In this document: positions 63,324-64,000 of the stretch, one piece after another
Position numbering within the stretch: position 1 is the stretch's first letter
Layout of the letters: each line of letters begins with the position of its first letter
DNA from: Octopus sinensis
Lineage: Eukaryota
DNA: 64,000 bases
Direction of reading: 5' to 3'
NCBI RefSeq assembly: GCF_006345805.1
Contig: NC_043001.1
Coordinates: forward strand, 34,162,001 to 34,226,000
Notes under the pieces: model-generated
What the model saw: only the letters and a program-made list of their open reading frames with translations
The model's database searches: none
Told to the model about the DNA's origin: nothing
Made by a program: the position numbers and the translations under genes

Positions 63324-64000
63324 ATCTACCTGCCTAACTGTCTGTCTGTCTTTATTTCTATTCGCGTATATTTTTACGCGGTGTTATATAACAAAAATAA
63401 ATTATTGGCGCAGGAGTGACTGTGTGGTAAGTAGCATGCTTACCAACCACATGGTTCCGGGTTCAGTCCCACTGCGTGGCATCTTGGGCAAGTGTCTTCT
63501 ACTATAGCCTCGGGCCGACCAAAGCCTTGTGAGTGGATTTGGTAGACGGAAACTGAAACAAACCCGTCGTATATATGTATATATATATATATGTGTGTGT
63601 GTATGCATGTTTGTGTGTCTGTGTTTGTGCCCCTAGCATTGCTTGACAACCGATCCTGGTGTGTTTACGTCCGCGTAACCTAGCGGTTCGGCAAAAGAGA
63701 CCGATAGAATAAGTACTGGGCTTACAAAAGAATAAATCCCGGGGTCGATTTGCTCGACTAAAGGCGGTGCTCCAGCATGGCCGCAGTCAAAGGACTGAAA
63801 CAAGTAAAAAAAAGTAGCATTAAACTGAAAAATTATTCAATGCCTTTTTCAAGACAACATAGTCCAATGAAAGCTAGCAAGCATAAACTTCGAAGTCACT
63901 GTCACCTCTCTTCTGGTAGAACTCCTAAAAAAAACAGAGGCCGGATTTACTGTAATGTTTATATTCATCCACTACTGGTTGCATATTTTTTGTTTTACTT

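Overview
AT-rich, microsatellite-dense eukaryotic DNA whose tRNA-derived SINE families and repeat landscape point to a coleoid cephalopod, most likely Octopus (inference). One minus-strand protein-coding gene spans at least 5.5-34.5 kb. I reconstructed 12 phase-compatible coding exons (about 800-820 aa) plus candidate 5' exons out to about 52 kb. The product is a mostly disordered protein with a coiled coil and a C-terminal SAM domain, and I do not recognise a gene symbol. One exon needs either a +1 nt correction or a weak alternative acceptor. An intact tRNA-Gln(TTG) gene lies at 2061-2132 (-). The remainder is mobile DNA: at least five SINE families, R4/Dong-type RLE retrotransposon pieces sitting in (TAA)n tracts, CR1 and L1/Tx1 LINE remnants, a Penelope-like remnant, DD37D (maT) transposase remnants, MITEs, a non-autonomous Helitron and many long hairpins/palindromes. 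The most interesting signals are (1) a tRNA-headed SINE carrying a minimal hammerhead-ribozyme motif, (2) SINE trimers/tetramers with recurrent base-precise junctions inside a single target-site duplication, and (3) a core-intact hammerhead downstream of the Penelope-like ORF. All calls come from reading by eye; no database search or folding was run.
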